A stretch of DNA of 64,000 bases from Candidatus Moraniibacteriota bacterium (GTDB lineage Bacteria; Patescibacteriota; Minisyncoccia; Moranbacterales; UBA1568). Both the position numbers and the translations under genes were made by a program. Shown here piece by piece: positions 1 to 9,504 of the stretch. The notes under the pieces are model-generated. The model was given only the letters and a program-made list of their open reading frames with translations. It did no database searches and was not told the DNA's origin. The stretch is from the NCBI GenBank assembly GCA_052034935.1, contig JBPOIB010000001.1, positions 236,173-300,172 on the forward strand, read 5' to 3'. The stretch's first letter is position 1; every line of letters starts with the position of its first letter.

Positions 1-96
1 AATGGCACGATCCACGACGAGACTATCCAGTACTGTGCCGAGTAAGGAGCTCGTTTTTGATGTAAAATAAAAGGGAAATAAATTACGGTTTTTCTC

Positions 97-1710
97 ATGA
101 ACCTTCCCTTCCGATCCTTTGCTGCCGCTTCTCTTCTTGTCTTCAGTCTCGTCTTTTACTTTTGGGATCATGTTTCAAGCATGTTCACTGCGACCAAGAC
201 CTGGGAGCAGGATGGTGATAACAAGAGAGCTGATTCAATCCGTCGCTACAAAAATCTGGTTCGTGTACCTGGAATCCCCCCGGAAAAGATCTGTGACATT
301 CGTGATTACGGCGCGATTCCAAATACGGAAAGTAAATCCACTCAAGCGATTAGCGCTGCTATTGATGACTGTTCTGAAAGTGGCGGCGGAACCGTTGTTA
401 TCCCCGCTGGGCACTGGAACACCGGTGGAATCAGACTTGCTAGCCGTATCAATCTTTTTCTTGAAGAGGATGCGGAGGTTTCATTCAGTACTGATGTCCG
501 GGATTATCTCCCGGTTGTTTTTAGTCGTTTCCAGGGCATAGAATTCTATAATTTTGCTCCGCTCATCTATGTCCGAGATGCTGAGAACATCGCTATCACG
601 GGTCAGGGAAAACTGATGGGGAATGGCGAGTTCCGGACTGCTTGGAATGGCGGGGGTGAATTCGGTTCGGCTCGCGAAACACTCTTCGCGATGGTTCTGA
701 AGGGAGTCCTGCCGGAAGAGCGAGTTTTTGGTGATCAGATGCCAGGCCTTCGCCCGTCGTTCGTTCAGTTCGTAAACTGCCGAAATGTCCTTCTCGACGG
801 TTTTACCGTTGAGAACGGACCATTCTGGACCATCCATCCCGTCTATACGGATAATTTCATCGCTCGCAATCTTCACATCAATACGTGGAGCGGGAATACC
901 GATGGGATTGTCCTCGACTCAACCACAAATGCTGTCATCGAGGATAGTTTCTTTTCGACAGGGGATGATGCTATCGTCATCAAATCGGGGCTCGACGAAG
1001 ATGGCTGGCGCGTCGCAAAGCCGTCAGAGAATATCCAGATTCGAAATGTTCATGTCACCAAGGGTAACAGTGGCGTTTCGATCGGAAGCGAAATGTCGGG
1101 CGGAGTCAGGAATATCAGTATCGAAAACAGTACTTTCGAGAATACCCGGCACGGATTCCGAATCAAATCAACCCAGAGCCGGGGCGGATTCATCGAGGAT
1201 GTGAAGGTGGAAAACATCACAATGGACAATGTCTCAAGCGATGTGATTACGATTGATTTTGCCTATAACTCAGCTCTGATGACGAGCGCGAAGAAAGAAC
1301 CCAGTCTTCGGAATATCCTCCTGAGGAATATCAGCGGAAGCGGAGTGGGCAATTCGTCGGCCGACTCCATCATCAATATTGACGGTCTTTCCGGCGCTAT
1401 CATGGAGAACGTCCACTTTGAACGCATCTCGTTCACCTCAACAGCGAGCGCCGTCCACCTCAAGGATGCCAAGAATATCACTCTCACCGGTATCGATATC
1501 CAGACACCAAATAGCCCGATTTATGAGTTTGATCACGGTGAAAATATTCAAGTCACACAGTCGACGTGTCAAAACGGTCTTAAACCATGTTTTCAGATCA
1601 AGGGCAAGGACACGAAAGCTATCAGAATCAGTGAGACTGATTTTGCTGAAGTTCCTGGGGCAGTAGAAATTTCTGAACGAATATCGAAAGAGCAAGTCAG
1701 GATTGACTGA
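97..1710 (+). CDS. Glycoside hydrolase family 28 (polygalacturonase-like) right-handed beta-helix protein, N-terminal signal/TM anchor
   Basis: ATG at 97. GH28 signature blocks are present: SGNTDGIV (NTD), TGDDAIVIKS (GDD), GNSGVSIGSE (GHG-like) and RHGFRIKS (RIK). The N-terminus MNLPFRSFAAASLLVFSLVFYF is hydrophobic. Confidence 0.8.
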   Translation: MNLPFRSFAAASLLVFSLVFYFWDHVSSMFTATKTWEQDGDNKRADSIRRYKNLVRVPGIPPEKICDIRDYGAIPNTESKSTQAISAAIDDCSESGGGTVVIPAGHWNTGGIRLASRINLFLEEDAEVSFSTDVRDYLPVVFSRFQGIEFYNFAPLIYVRDAENIAITGQGKLMGNGEFRTAWNGGGEFGSARETLFAMVLKGVLPEERVFGDQMPGLRPSFVQFVNCRNVLLDGFTVENGPFWTIHPVYTDNFIARNLHINTWSGNTDGIVLDSTTNAVIEDSFFSTGDDAIVIKSGLDEDGWRVAKPSENIQIRNVHVTKGNSGVSIGSEMSGGVRNISIENSTFENTRHGFRIKSTQSRGGFIEDVKVENITMDNVSSDVITIDFAYNSALMTSAKKEPSLRNILLRNISGSGVGNSSADSIINIDGLSGAIMENVHFERISFTSTASAVHLKDAKNITLTGIDIQTPNSPIYEFDHGENIQVTQSTCQNGLKPCFQIKGKDTKAIRISETDFAEVPGAVEISERISKEQVRID

Positions 1711-1728
1711 GTTAGTTGGGTAAAACTC

Positions 1729-2976
1729 TCAGACTCCGGTTTTCGCCGCTGCGGTTCCAGCGACAGAGCCGGTCGTCCAACAGAGCTGGAGACTGTAGCC
1801 GCCCGATGGCCGGTCGATATCGAGCATATCGCCCACGATATAGAGATTTGGAACAAGGCGCGACCGCATGTATTTACAATCGACTTCGTCGAGTGAAACG
1901 CCACCGCTTGTAACGATTGCTTTATCAGTTCCTAAAAGGCCCGTTACCGTAAGCGATAGGCTCTTCAAGAGTTTCGCTACAACCCGTCGCTCTGGACGTG
2001 TCACACTGTGTACCGGCTTCTCTGGAGCGATACCGGCCAATCTGAGCAATACAGGAACGAGAAGCGGTGGAACAATGAGTGGCAAAACGTTCTGAACCTG
2101 CTTGTTTTTGTGCCCATCGAAGATACCCTGAATGTCGCGGTCGAGCTCGCCTTGATTCCGCGAGGGATGGAAATCGACTTCAGCCGTCACGTTGCCATAG
2201 GGGAGAAGTTCACTTATTGATCGACTCATATTGAGAATAAGCGGACCGCTAAGGCCAGTGTGGGTGAAGAGGAGCTTGCCGCTCCGTGAAGATCGTTTTT
2301 CGCCGTTCTGGAAGACGGTTACTTTCACTTCGGGAAAGCTGAGTCCGGCGAGTGATTTCACCCAGGGCTCCCTCGTTCTGAGCGGAACAAGTGACGGCCG
2401 TGGCTCACGGACGGTATGTCCCAACTTTCGGAGCCAGCCGAAACCGTCGCCCGTCGAGCCTGTTTCTGGGCGTGATTTCCCTCCGGTCGCGAGGATGAAT
2501 GACTGAGCAAGCAGTTCTTCTCCGGTACCGAGAATAACGCTCCGAATCGATCCCTCAGAGCACTGAAACGAAATGACCTCAGTACCGGTCCGGACGGTGA
2601 CTCCAGACTGCTTGAGGTACTTTTTTAAAGCTTCATGCACGGAAACTGCGCTGTCACTTTGCGGAAAGACACGTTTCTCCGCTTCGATTTTGGTCGGCAT
2701 GCCGAGCGTTTCAAAAAAAGCAAGCGTTTCCGAGGTACCGAACGCTGAGAGCGGGGAGTGGAGATATTTTTCAGCACTACCAAACCTAGCTAAAAAGACC
2801 TGGCGATCAAACTCAGCATTCGTGATATTTGACCGCCCACCCCCGGTGATGAGGAGTTTCTTGCCGGTATCAGGATTTTTCTCAAGGAGAAGTACTCGGG
2901 CGCCGTATTCCGCTGCCCGCCCAGCTGCCATCATGCCGGCCGGACCGCCGCCTATCACTATGACATCGTAGGGCAT
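1729..2976 (-). CDS. HI0933/BaiN-family FAD-dependent flavoprotein (NAD(P)/FAD oxidoreductase)
   Basis: The N-terminus YDVIVIGGGPAGMMAA is a GxGxxG Rossmann motif, and the ORF spans 415 aa. ATG was verified as 'cat' at 2974-2976. Confidence 0.75.
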   Translation of the reverse strand: MPYDVIVIGGGPAGMMAAGRAAEYGARVLLLEKNPDTGKKLLITGGGRSNITNAEFDRQVFLARFGSAEKYLHSPLSAFGTSETLAFFETLGMPTKIEAEKRVFPQSDSAVSVHEALKKYLKQSGVTVRTGTEVISFQCSEGSIRSVILGTGEELLAQSFILATGGKSRPETGSTGDGFGWLRKLGHTVREPRPSLVPLRTREPWVKSLAGLSFPEVKVTVFQNGEKRSSRSGKLLFTHTGLSGPLILNMSRSISELLPYGNVTAEVDFHPSRNQGELDRDIQGIFDGHKNKQVQNVLPLIVPPLLVPVLLRLAGIAPEKPVHSVTRPERRVVAKLLKSLSLTVTGLLGTDKAIVTSGGVSLDEVDCKYMRSRLVPNLYIVGDMLDIDRPSGGYSLQLCWTTGSVAGTAAAKTGV

Positions 2977-2998
2977 AAAAAGAGGATCGATACACTGT

Positions 2999-4162
2999 CT
3001 ATTCGACTATTTCGCTTTCGTCAAAATTTTCTCTGGTTGCCTTCACACTGAGACTGATACTCTCTTTTTTCTCACGAAAGCTTTCGGCCTGCTTCCGTAC
3101 CGTTTCCGGCAGAGCTGCGAGAACCGTCTTCAACGCGACACCATCAACCTTCACAACATTCTCCCATTCACCGATAGGAGTGAGGAGTTCGCGGAGTTTT
3201 GCTTCATCATAGGAATACGAGGTACGAACCGATTTGCCGATGATGCCGGTCGACCCAAAAACGCGCTCGATCTCCTCCTGTTCCATGTAGCTCATGATTT
3301 CTTCCTGGAGGAGCGCAAGTCGTTTCTTATCGGCACTCATCTCACTCCGGAGCGCAAGAAATTCTTCAGCCGCCTGTTCGGCCCGACTTTTCTCAATCGG
3401 TAGGGGAGCTTCGGCTTTGAACTTGTGTTTCCACAAGGGGCAAATCTTTTGGAAACTGCACCAATCACAGAGCGGAGAAAGCGTCGGTGAGAATTCTTTG
3501 TTTTCGATAGCGCGGATAACCGAGAGGAATGTTTCGTCAAGGAGCTCCAGCTGCTCCTTTGTCCGAGTTGAAGAAAGTTTCACGCCATGCTTCAGGAAAT
3601 AGAGGCTGACAGTAATTTTATCCAATCGTTCCCATTCTTTCGGGTAACGCTCGAGGAAGGCCCGCAGATAGATAGAAAGCTGCAAATCATTATCGACTTT
3701 GTCCTGACTCGGCATCTTTTTCGTCGTCTTGTAATCGATAATCTCGTAGCCATCCCGTGTCCGGTCAATGCGATCGATAACACCAGCGATGATGTGCTTG
3801 CCGGTTTGATCAGTACCAATTTCAATCGAGAAGCGGCTTTCCAGCGCAAGGGGATTCGACTCGGCTATCGTATTTGACTCATAGTAGCGCTGAATCATCT
3901 CGACGCCTTGAACGAAGGCAGCTCGCTCTTCGAGCTCATTTTCAAACAAGTCACCTTTCCAGTGCTTGCCGAAAAAATCAATCGCCTGTTCGACGGTCGG
4001 CGGGAGGAGTGCTGGCTCATGGATGAATTTCATCACCGAGTGGATGAGCGTTCCGAAGACAGCCTCCTTTGATTTCTCTTCAGGAATTTTGTCGATCTCC
4101 CGGTATTTGTATTTCAGGGAGCAAGTCTGATAGGTATCCAGACTGGAATAAGAGAGTCTCAT
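2999..4162 (-). CDS. PD-(D/E)XK nuclease family protein (Cas4/AddB-like RecB nuclease fold with Cys cluster) plus C-terminal coiled-coil extension
   Basis: The motifs GVIDRIDR...YEIIDYKT (D...ExK), QLSIY (QxxxY) and a Cx2Cx5C cluster (CDWCSFQKICP) plus an N-terminal Cys (TCSLKY) fit a Cas4-like Fe-S arrangement. It lies 23 nt upstream of, and is co-oriented with, the flavoprotein gene. Confidence 0.65.
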   Translation of the reverse strand: MRLSYSSLDTYQTCSLKYKYREIDKIPEEKSKEAVFGTLIHSVMKFIHEPALLPPTVEQAIDFFGKHWKGDLFENELEERAAFVQGVEMIQRYYESNTIAESNPLALESRFSIEIGTDQTGKHIIAGVIDRIDRTRDGYEIIDYKTTKKMPSQDKVDNDLQLSIYLRAFLERYPKEWERLDKITVSLYFLKHGVKLSSTRTKEQLELLDETFLSVIRAIENKEFSPTLSPLCDWCSFQKICPLWKHKFKAEAPLPIEKSRAEQAAEEFLALRSEMSADKKRLALLQEEIMSYMEQEEIERVFGSTGIIGKSVRTSYSYDEAKLRELLTPIGEWENVVKVDGVALKTVLAALPETVRKQAESFREKKESISLSVKATRENFDESEIVE

Positions 4163-4202
4163 ATGGCTCTATTGTAGCTGATTTACCACTTCCCCGCTTC
4201 TA

Positions 4203-4231
4203 TTGACTTTTTACATGTTTCATGCTATCTT
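4203..4231 (+). promoter_or_regulatory. Sigma70-like promoter TTGACT-N17-TGcTATCTT upstream of GGDEF gene
   Basis: TTGACT at 4203-4208, a 17-nt spacer ending in TGc, and a -10 TATCTT at 4226-4231. The ATG lies at 4272. Confidence 0.5.
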
Positions 4232-4271
4232 GTAGAGTCCCTTCCCAACTCAACCACAACGAAAGGCCATC

Positions 4272-5096
4272 ATGGACTCTCCCGTTCGCTTTTTGGTTTT
4301 CTCCTGGATCCAGTATCTCCGGACGCGTCGGAGCATCATCCGTTCCTTGAACCGAGCACTCGGGGAACTCTCGACCGAATTTGAGCGGTCACGGAGCGAG
4401 GCCATCACACTCGCCTCGCGTGTCGTCGAGCAAAACGGCACAATCACCAAGCTCCAAGGCGAACTCACGAATACCCAAGGTGTTCTCGCCCGACTGCTGG
4501 CCAATGAAGGGCCTGGGGCGCGTCTGCTTGCGAGCGATGTCATCACATTGACCGGTAAGGTCGAGCAACTTACCAAAGAGTCGCTCCATGACCCCCTGAC
4601 CGGACTCTTCAACCGCCGCGCCGTGGAAGCCATCGTTCACCCCGAAATTCACCTGCTGCAGCGCTCGGCCGCTACCGATGTCAATATCTCGGTCGTCACG
4701 TTCGATCTCGACCACTTCAAGCGCGTGAACGATTCCTGTGGTCATGCCGCGGGCGACATCGTCCTCCAGCGCGTCGCCGAGTTGGCGCGCAGCGTGTTCC
4801 GACGGGATGTCGATCATCTTTTCCGTTTCGGCGGCGAGGAGTTTGTCATCATCTCGCTCCACACGTCACCGAGTATGGCCGGGAAGCTGGCCGAGACGCT
4901 CCGGCTACGCATTGCTTCCGATGCAATGCTGCGGCTCGAAAGCGTTGGCCAGGTGACGGCCAGTTTCGGTATCAGTACATTGAACCTGAACGAGCAGGTC
5001 GTCGCAGAGACATCTGTCAATGCTGCGTGCGCCCGCGCCGATCAAGCCCTGTATGCGGCTAAGGCTGGCGGCCGAAATGTCGTCATGATCGAGTAA
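4272..5096 (+). CDS. Diguanylate cyclase (GGDEF domain, GGEEF active site with RxxD I-site) with N-terminal coiled-coil
   Basis: RFGGEEF is the active-site motif, and RDVD lies 5 residues upstream (I-site). DHFKRVND matches the usual GGDEF start. No sensor domain was recognised. Confidence 0.8.
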   Translation: MDSPVRFLVFSWIQYLRTRRSIIRSLNRALGELSTEFERSRSEAITLASRVVEQNGTITKLQGELTNTQGVLARLLANEGPGARLLASDVITLTGKVEQLTKESLHDPLTGLFNRRAVEAIVHPEIHLLQRSAATDVNISVVTFDLDHFKRVNDSCGHAAGDIVLQRVAELARSVFRRDVDHLFRFGGEEFVIISLHTSPSMAGKLAETLRLRIASDAMLRLESVGQVTASFGISTLNLNEQVVAETSVNAACARADQALYAAKAGGRNVVMIE

Positions 5097-5133
5097 GTCG
5101 TAGATTCGAACTTCGTTGTGATCAGTACTCGAA

Positions 5134-5177
5134 GCCGCGTTCCATGCACACCTGTGTGGTTCGCGGCCTTTTTCTTT
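5134..5177 (+). terminator. Rho-independent terminator after GGDEF gene
   Basis: The stem gccgcg...cgcggc has an inner cacac/gtgtg stem and is followed by cttttTcttt, immediately 3' of the stop at 5096. Confidence 0.7.
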
Positions 5178-5780
5178 ACCCCCATTTCTGAATCTCATTA
5201 TATCTGGCAGGGGACCTTCGTTTTTTAGTCTTTGAACCCCTGGTTTTTTAAGAGATATTTTTTTCTGAAAAATATTTTTTAGAGTACCCGACAGTAAAGA
5301 ATATATTTTCCGGTTCATCTTTCCTTTAAGGTTTTTTACGACGCGTAAGTGGACAGGCAAGCGCTGCAATGCGGCCAATAACAAAGTGTGCAGTGGAGCC
5401 ATTTCGAAATATTCTATATGTCGCCTTATGTAACTTATGAGACATTATATAAGGAAAAATTCGGGAAGGACACTACGTCATGCATCCATATATACAACCC
5501 TTGTTTTGCTCTTTTTAAAGACTTAATCGAATGCATTTCAATCAACCAAGGATCTATTTTTGATACCCCCCCTCCGTAGAGCAAGTAGAAATTCTGATGA
5601 CTTACTCTCGCTGCTATTCCATCCTCTTTATCGCTGGTTTTTATATGTGCACTGGTACATCTATGTACCCTCGCCCAAGTCTCTTTTTCAGACCATTGAT
5701 CACTCCCCCATTTTTTCAAAAAAAGTCGCAGGGGAGTCAACTCAAAAAAAAATCATGACACAAAACCCGGGGACCGATGA

Positions 5781-5813
5781 TAGAAAAACTCCAGCTCTGA
5801 GTGAGCGGAGTTT
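5781..5813 (-). terminator. Putative terminator hairpin downstream of M23 peptidase gene
   Basis: On the minus strand the stem aaactccgctc/gagctggagttt is followed by TTTTT, about 30 nt past the stop at 5842. Confidence 0.45.
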
Positions 5814-5841
5814 GTATGCCTCAAGATTTTTTACGCGTTGA

Positions 5842-7161
5842 TTATGGAAGATAGACCGCCGGATTGACCGCGGCGCCAATCGGAATCTTTTTTCCGGGAG
5901 CCGACTTCGACTCGACCACTTCATAGGAATCGGCCGCGTACACTGTGAAATGAAGATGGGCAGCGGTCGAATCCCCCGTATTTCCCATCTCGCCGATCTT
6001 CTGCTCGCGGCTTACCTTTTGACCCTTACTCGTGCTGATCTTGCTCAGGTGGCCATAGAGCGTTACGAGGCCGTTATCATGATCGATGGCAACCCATTTA
6101 CCATATGCAACGCGGCCCATATCGCCTGTCCCAATCACTTTTCCAGATGCGGCGGCCATGACCGTGTCACCAGACTTACCCTTGGTCTTGGCACCGAAGT
6201 CGATGCCGTTGTGCCGGCCCGAAACATAGTGATTCGAATACGAGGTCTTGCCATAGCCCTGAGTGATCCGAACTGATTTCACCGGATAAGCGAGCAAGCC
6301 GCGGCTATAGCTCGGGATACCATCGAGTTCGTCGATCTTGCCAGCCTCCAAGTCCTCGATTTCGCTTTCCAATGCTTCACGCTCGGCCTGAAGACTATCA
6401 ACCAACGTGTCGTATTTCTGCACCTCCGACTGCGTCTTAGTGAGGAGGCGCGCTTTCTCTGCACGATTCGCATCGAGATAGGAGTTTCGCTCTTCGAGCT
6501 GGGCCTGGAGAGAATCCGCTTCTTTCTTCTTTGTGATGAGTGACGCATGCTCGGTGACCAGGCTTTCCCGCAATGTCTTCACTGAACCGAGGAGGTCAGA
6601 GATCTTGCTACCGGTTTCCGCGGTCCAATCGCTTTGCTGAAGTGGATTCGCCAGCTGCGACGCATTGACAATAAATTCACTCGGAATCAAAGCTGAACGG
6701 TCGGCATAGTAGCCACGCATAATTTCAGAAAGCAGAGCCTTCTGACTGAAAATAAGATCTTCTTTCTGCTTGATGCGCTCGCTGAGGATGCGGGTCTCTG
6801 TTGCAAGCCGTTCGAGATCGCGCTCATTCAGGAGGATCTGTTCTTCCAGATTCTTCACCTGCGCCTCGAGCGAAGAAAGCTGGTCGCCGAGGGCAGCGCC
6901 TTGTCGCTGCTTGAGCTTAATGATTTCATTGTAGGCCTTGATTTTCGCCTTTAGCTCGTCGTCTTTTTCTTCGAGCTCTTCCCGGAGCTCATCGATGCTC
7001 GGGTCTTCGGCATACGCGGGATATGCTGCATAAGTGAGCGCTAATAAAAAGAAAGAAAACAGTACGGTACCGAGCCGCAATCGTCCGAATGTACTTTTTT
7101 CGTTTTTTTCTTTGTTGGTCATGCTATTTTTCTTTGCTTTTCCTGCAGTGGATTTCCACAT
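5842..7161 (-). CDS. M23 family metallopeptidase (EnvC/NlpD-like murein hydrolase activator type) with long N-terminal coiled-coil and signal/TM
   Basis: C-terminal HNGIDFGA (HxxxD) and AAHLHF (HxH) are M23 zinc motifs. A heptad-rich coiled-coil occupies residues about 55-280. An alternative ATG lies at 7122. Confidence 0.8.
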   Translation of the reverse strand: MWKSTAGKAKKNSMTNKEKNEKSTFGRLRLGTVLFSFFLLALTYAAYPAYAEDPSIDELREELEEKDDELKAKIKAYNEIIKLKQRQGAALGDQLSSLEAQVKNLEEQILLNERDLERLATETRILSERIKQKEDLIFSQKALLSEIMRGYYADRSALIPSEFIVNASQLANPLQQSDWTAETGSKISDLLGSVKTLRESLVTEHASLITKKKEADSLQAQLEERNSYLDANRAEKARLLTKTQSEVQKYDTLVDSLQAEREALESEIEDLEAGKIDELDGIPSYSRGLLAYPVKSVRITQGYGKTSYSNHYVSGRHNGIDFGAKTKGKSGDTVMAAASGKVIGTGDMGRVAYGKWVAIDHDNGLVTLYGHLSKISTSKGQKVSREQKIGEMGNTGDSTAAHLHFTVYAADSYEVVESKSAPGKKIPIGAAVNPAVYLP

Positions 7162-7174
7162 TATATCGTATCAC

Positions 7175-8737
7175 TCAGTCAAGTTTTTTGAGTGCGAACT
7201 CAAGGCGCTTGAGAGATCGGTTTTTCCCGAGTATCCAGAGAATATCCATCGGGGAGGGAGAACGTTCCAAACCAGAGAGAGCAAAGCGGAGCGGCCAGAG
7301 GAAGTCTCCCCGTTTCTCCCCTGCTGCCGCGAGAAATTTTTCTGTCAGTCCCTCGCGCGTCCACTCAGTTTCGCTGATTGATTCCGCCAGTGCCTTTGCC
7401 TGTTCGAGTGCGGATCGCGTCGTTTCGATCGGGTTCGTTTTCCACGCCAAGAGTTTTGCATCATACGAAAGCTCGTCAGCGAAGAGAAATTGGTTCTCAT
7501 CGCCAAGCGTCGCCAGAGTTTTCAGCCGATCTTTTTCGATAGCAATAACCTTGAGGAGGTACTCATCCGTCTTGTAGGCGTCAGCAATTTTTGCATACCA
7601 GTCTTTCTTTTCCAGAAATCCACCCTGTCGGATCAGTACCAAAACATCGGCATCGGATTTTCGGGCGATGTACTCGTGATTCATCCATTCAAGCTTCGTC
7701 CGATCGAAGACGGCGCCTGCTTTATTGAGGTGCTCGAGCGAGAATGCTTTGACCAGCTCGTCGAGGGTGAAAATTTCCTGCGTACTCCCCTGGCCCGGAT
7801 TCCAGCCAAGGAGGGCAACGAAGTTGAGCAGTGCTTCACGGAGATAGCCCGCCTCGACAAACGAGTCGACAGAGACATCTCCTTCGCGTTTGGAAAGCTT
7901 CTTCTTACCGTCTTTACCAAGGATGATTGAGAGATGAGCAAACTCCGGCGCTACCCAACCGAACGCTTCGTAAAGGAGGATATGCTTCGGCAGGCTGGGC
8001 AACCACTCGACCGCGCGCATCACGTGTGTGATCTCCATGAAGTGATCGTCGACGATGTTGGCCAAATGATAGGTCGGAAAACCATCCGACTTCAGAATGA
8101 CAAAATCATCAATCGTCGCCGTATCAGCATCGATGACGCCACGGAGCGTATCAGTCACCGTAAACTTTCCTTTTTCGGGAATTTTGAAGCGAATAACGCT
8201 CGACTCACCGCGCTCACGCCTTTCCTTCACTTCGGCGGCCGGTAGTTTCAAACATTCCCGATCATAGCGCGGCGGAAGCTTGGCTGTTTCTTGGCGTTCA
8301 CGGAGCGCCGTCAGACGTTCTTCGGTGCAGAAGCAATGATAGGCGGTACCTTTCGCAATCAGTTCTTCAGCGTACTTCTGATAGAGATCGAGCCGCTCGG
8401 ACTGGATATAGGGCGCTTTGTTGCCCAGCTCATAAATGCCCGGATAGCGGCTCGAGAGCATACCCGCACTATCATGCTCAGTATCCTTGTCGGCAAGGAG
8501 AATCGGACCTTCGTCATAGCGGAGGCCAAATTCTTTCAGGAAAGAAACCGTATTCTCGAGCGCGCCTTCAACGAAACGCTTCTGATCCGTGTCCTCGATA
8601 CGCAGGATAAACTGGCCGCCAAGCTGACGGGCGTACAGGTAGTTATAGAGGGCGGTTCGCAGTCCCCCGATATGCTGGAGACCGGTTGGTGAGGGTGCAT
8701 AGCGCACCCGGACGGGTTTTCGTTCGGGCTCATTCAT
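7175..8737 (-). CDS. gltX: Glutamate--tRNA ligase
   Basis: VRVRYAPSPTGLQHIGGLRTALYNYLYA carries the HIGH-class signature; KLSKR is the KMSKS motif. I set the start at the ATG coding MNEPER (8737) rather than the upstream alternative start of the ORF track. Confidence 0.85.
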   Translation of the reverse strand: MNEPERKPVRVRYAPSPTGLQHIGGLRTALYNYLYARQLGGQFILRIEDTDQKRFVEGALENTVSFLKEFGLRYDEGPILLADKDTEHDSAGMLSSRYPGIYELGNKAPYIQSERLDLYQKYAEELIAKGTAYHCFCTEERLTALRERQETAKLPPRYDRECLKLPAAEVKERRERGESSVIRFKIPEKGKFTVTDTLRGVIDADTATIDDFVILKSDGFPTYHLANIVDDHFMEITHVMRAVEWLPSLPKHILLYEAFGWVAPEFAHLSIILGKDGKKKLSKREGDVSVDSFVEAGYLREALLNFVALLGWNPGQGSTQEIFTLDELVKAFSLEHLNKAGAVFDRTKLEWMNHEYIARKSDADVLVLIRQGGFLEKKDWYAKIADAYKTDEYLLKVIAIEKDRLKTLATLGDENQFLFADELSYDAKLLAWKTNPIETTRSALEQAKALAESISETEWTREGLTEKFLAAAGEKRGDFLWPLRFALSGLERSPSPMDILWILGKNRSLKRLEFALKKLD

Positions 8738-8772
8738 GGCTTGATTATACCCTTTCTTAAAGCCTTTTTCTA
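8738..8772 (-). promoter_or_regulatory. Possible gltX promoter with TATAAT 6 nt upstream of ATG (leaderless or near-leaderless)
   Basis: The minus strand reads gggTATAATcaagccATG. The -35 is weak (tagaaa/aaaagg). Confidence 0.3.
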
Positions 8773-8774
8773 CA

Positions 8775-8803
8775 TTGACTTTATAGTAAAAATATGCTAA
8801 TAT
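8775..8803 (+). promoter_or_regulatory. Strong sigma70-like promoter TTGACT-N17-TGcTAATAT
   Basis: TTGACT at 8775-8780, a 17-nt spacer, and TAATAT at 8798-8803 preceded by TGc. AGGAG lies 7 nt before the ATG at 8876. Confidence 0.6.
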
Positions 8804-8875
8804 ACTGATTCGGCACACCGTGTCGAAAAGTTCTTTCACCCCCGGCCATTTTGGCCATCACACCAGGAGACTCAG

Positions 8876-9379
8876 ATGCTCAACCGTATCGCGAACGTGG
8901 TCACGTTCCTCACTTTTGGCCTCCTCACCGCCATCCTTGGGCTCAGCGCCGTGGCCATCCACGACTTCAACCACCGTGGAAACAACATCTTCGTCCGTGA
9001 GTGGGAACAACACGCCAATTACACGATTGGTGAGATCGGGGGCGAATTGATCGGCTACCAGGTGCACTACAGAGCCTGCGGCCAAGAAGGTCGCGAGAGT
9101 CTCAAGATTCTTCAGCCCAATCTCATGGCTGGAGAAGTAATTGCAGATGCCGAATTCCCCTCGCTGGTTTACGGTCGAATCGAGAAGCGGGAACACATCC
9201 CCTTCTGGACCTACCACCCCATCTCAGACGAAGACATCCAGAGACTCGATCTCAGAAGTCTCGACAAGGACCTGAGTCGTCCTGACTTCGAGTGGGGGCG
9301 TAGCACGCGCCGCGTCTGCCAAGTGAATCCGGCCGGCACCTGGAACGCGACACGTTCGCTCTTCCGCTCACTGACCTGA
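8876..9379 (+). CDS. Hypothetical membrane-anchored protein (N-terminal TM helix), standalone transcription unit
   Basis: The 167-aa ORF has its own consensus promoter, RBS and a perfect terminator. The N-terminus VVTFLTFGLLTAILGLSAVAI is a TM segment. No motif was recognised. Confidence 0.55.
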   Translation: MLNRIANVVTFLTFGLLTAILGLSAVAIHDFNHRGNNIFVREWEQHANYTIGEIGGELIGYQVHYRACGQEGRESLKILQPNLMAGEVIADAEFPSLVYGRIEKREHIPFWTYHPISDEDIQRLDLRSLDKDLSRPDFEWGRSTRRVCQVNPAGTWNATRSLFRSLT

Positions 9380-9409
9380 CAGCTGCAAATCAGCCGTCAC
9401 CCATAAAGG

Positions 9410-9457
9410 AAAGCCGCACACCGAGTAACCATTCACCGTGCGGCTTTTGAATTTTTA
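9410..9457. terminator. Rho-independent terminator between convergent genes
   Basis: The stem aagccgcac...gtgcggctt is followed by ttttgaattttt, with an A-run on the 5' side, so it may act bidirectionally. Confidence 0.7.
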
Positions 9458-9504
9458 TAAACCTTTCGACGAGCTCATGGCGATCCTTCAAAATAAGTTT
9501 CGGA

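Noticed and set aside
1-45. Possible 3' end of an upstream plus-strand gene (frame 1 ends TAA at 43-45)
   Set aside because: It is too short to evaluate and has no motif.
5180-5790. tRNA, sRNA or CRISPR repeats in the AT-rich gap
   Set aside because: I could find no cloverleaf-compatible sequence (no GTTCRANYC T-loop with matching acceptor stems) and no regularly spaced direct repeats. I cannot exclude a non-canonical RNA without a covariance-model scan.
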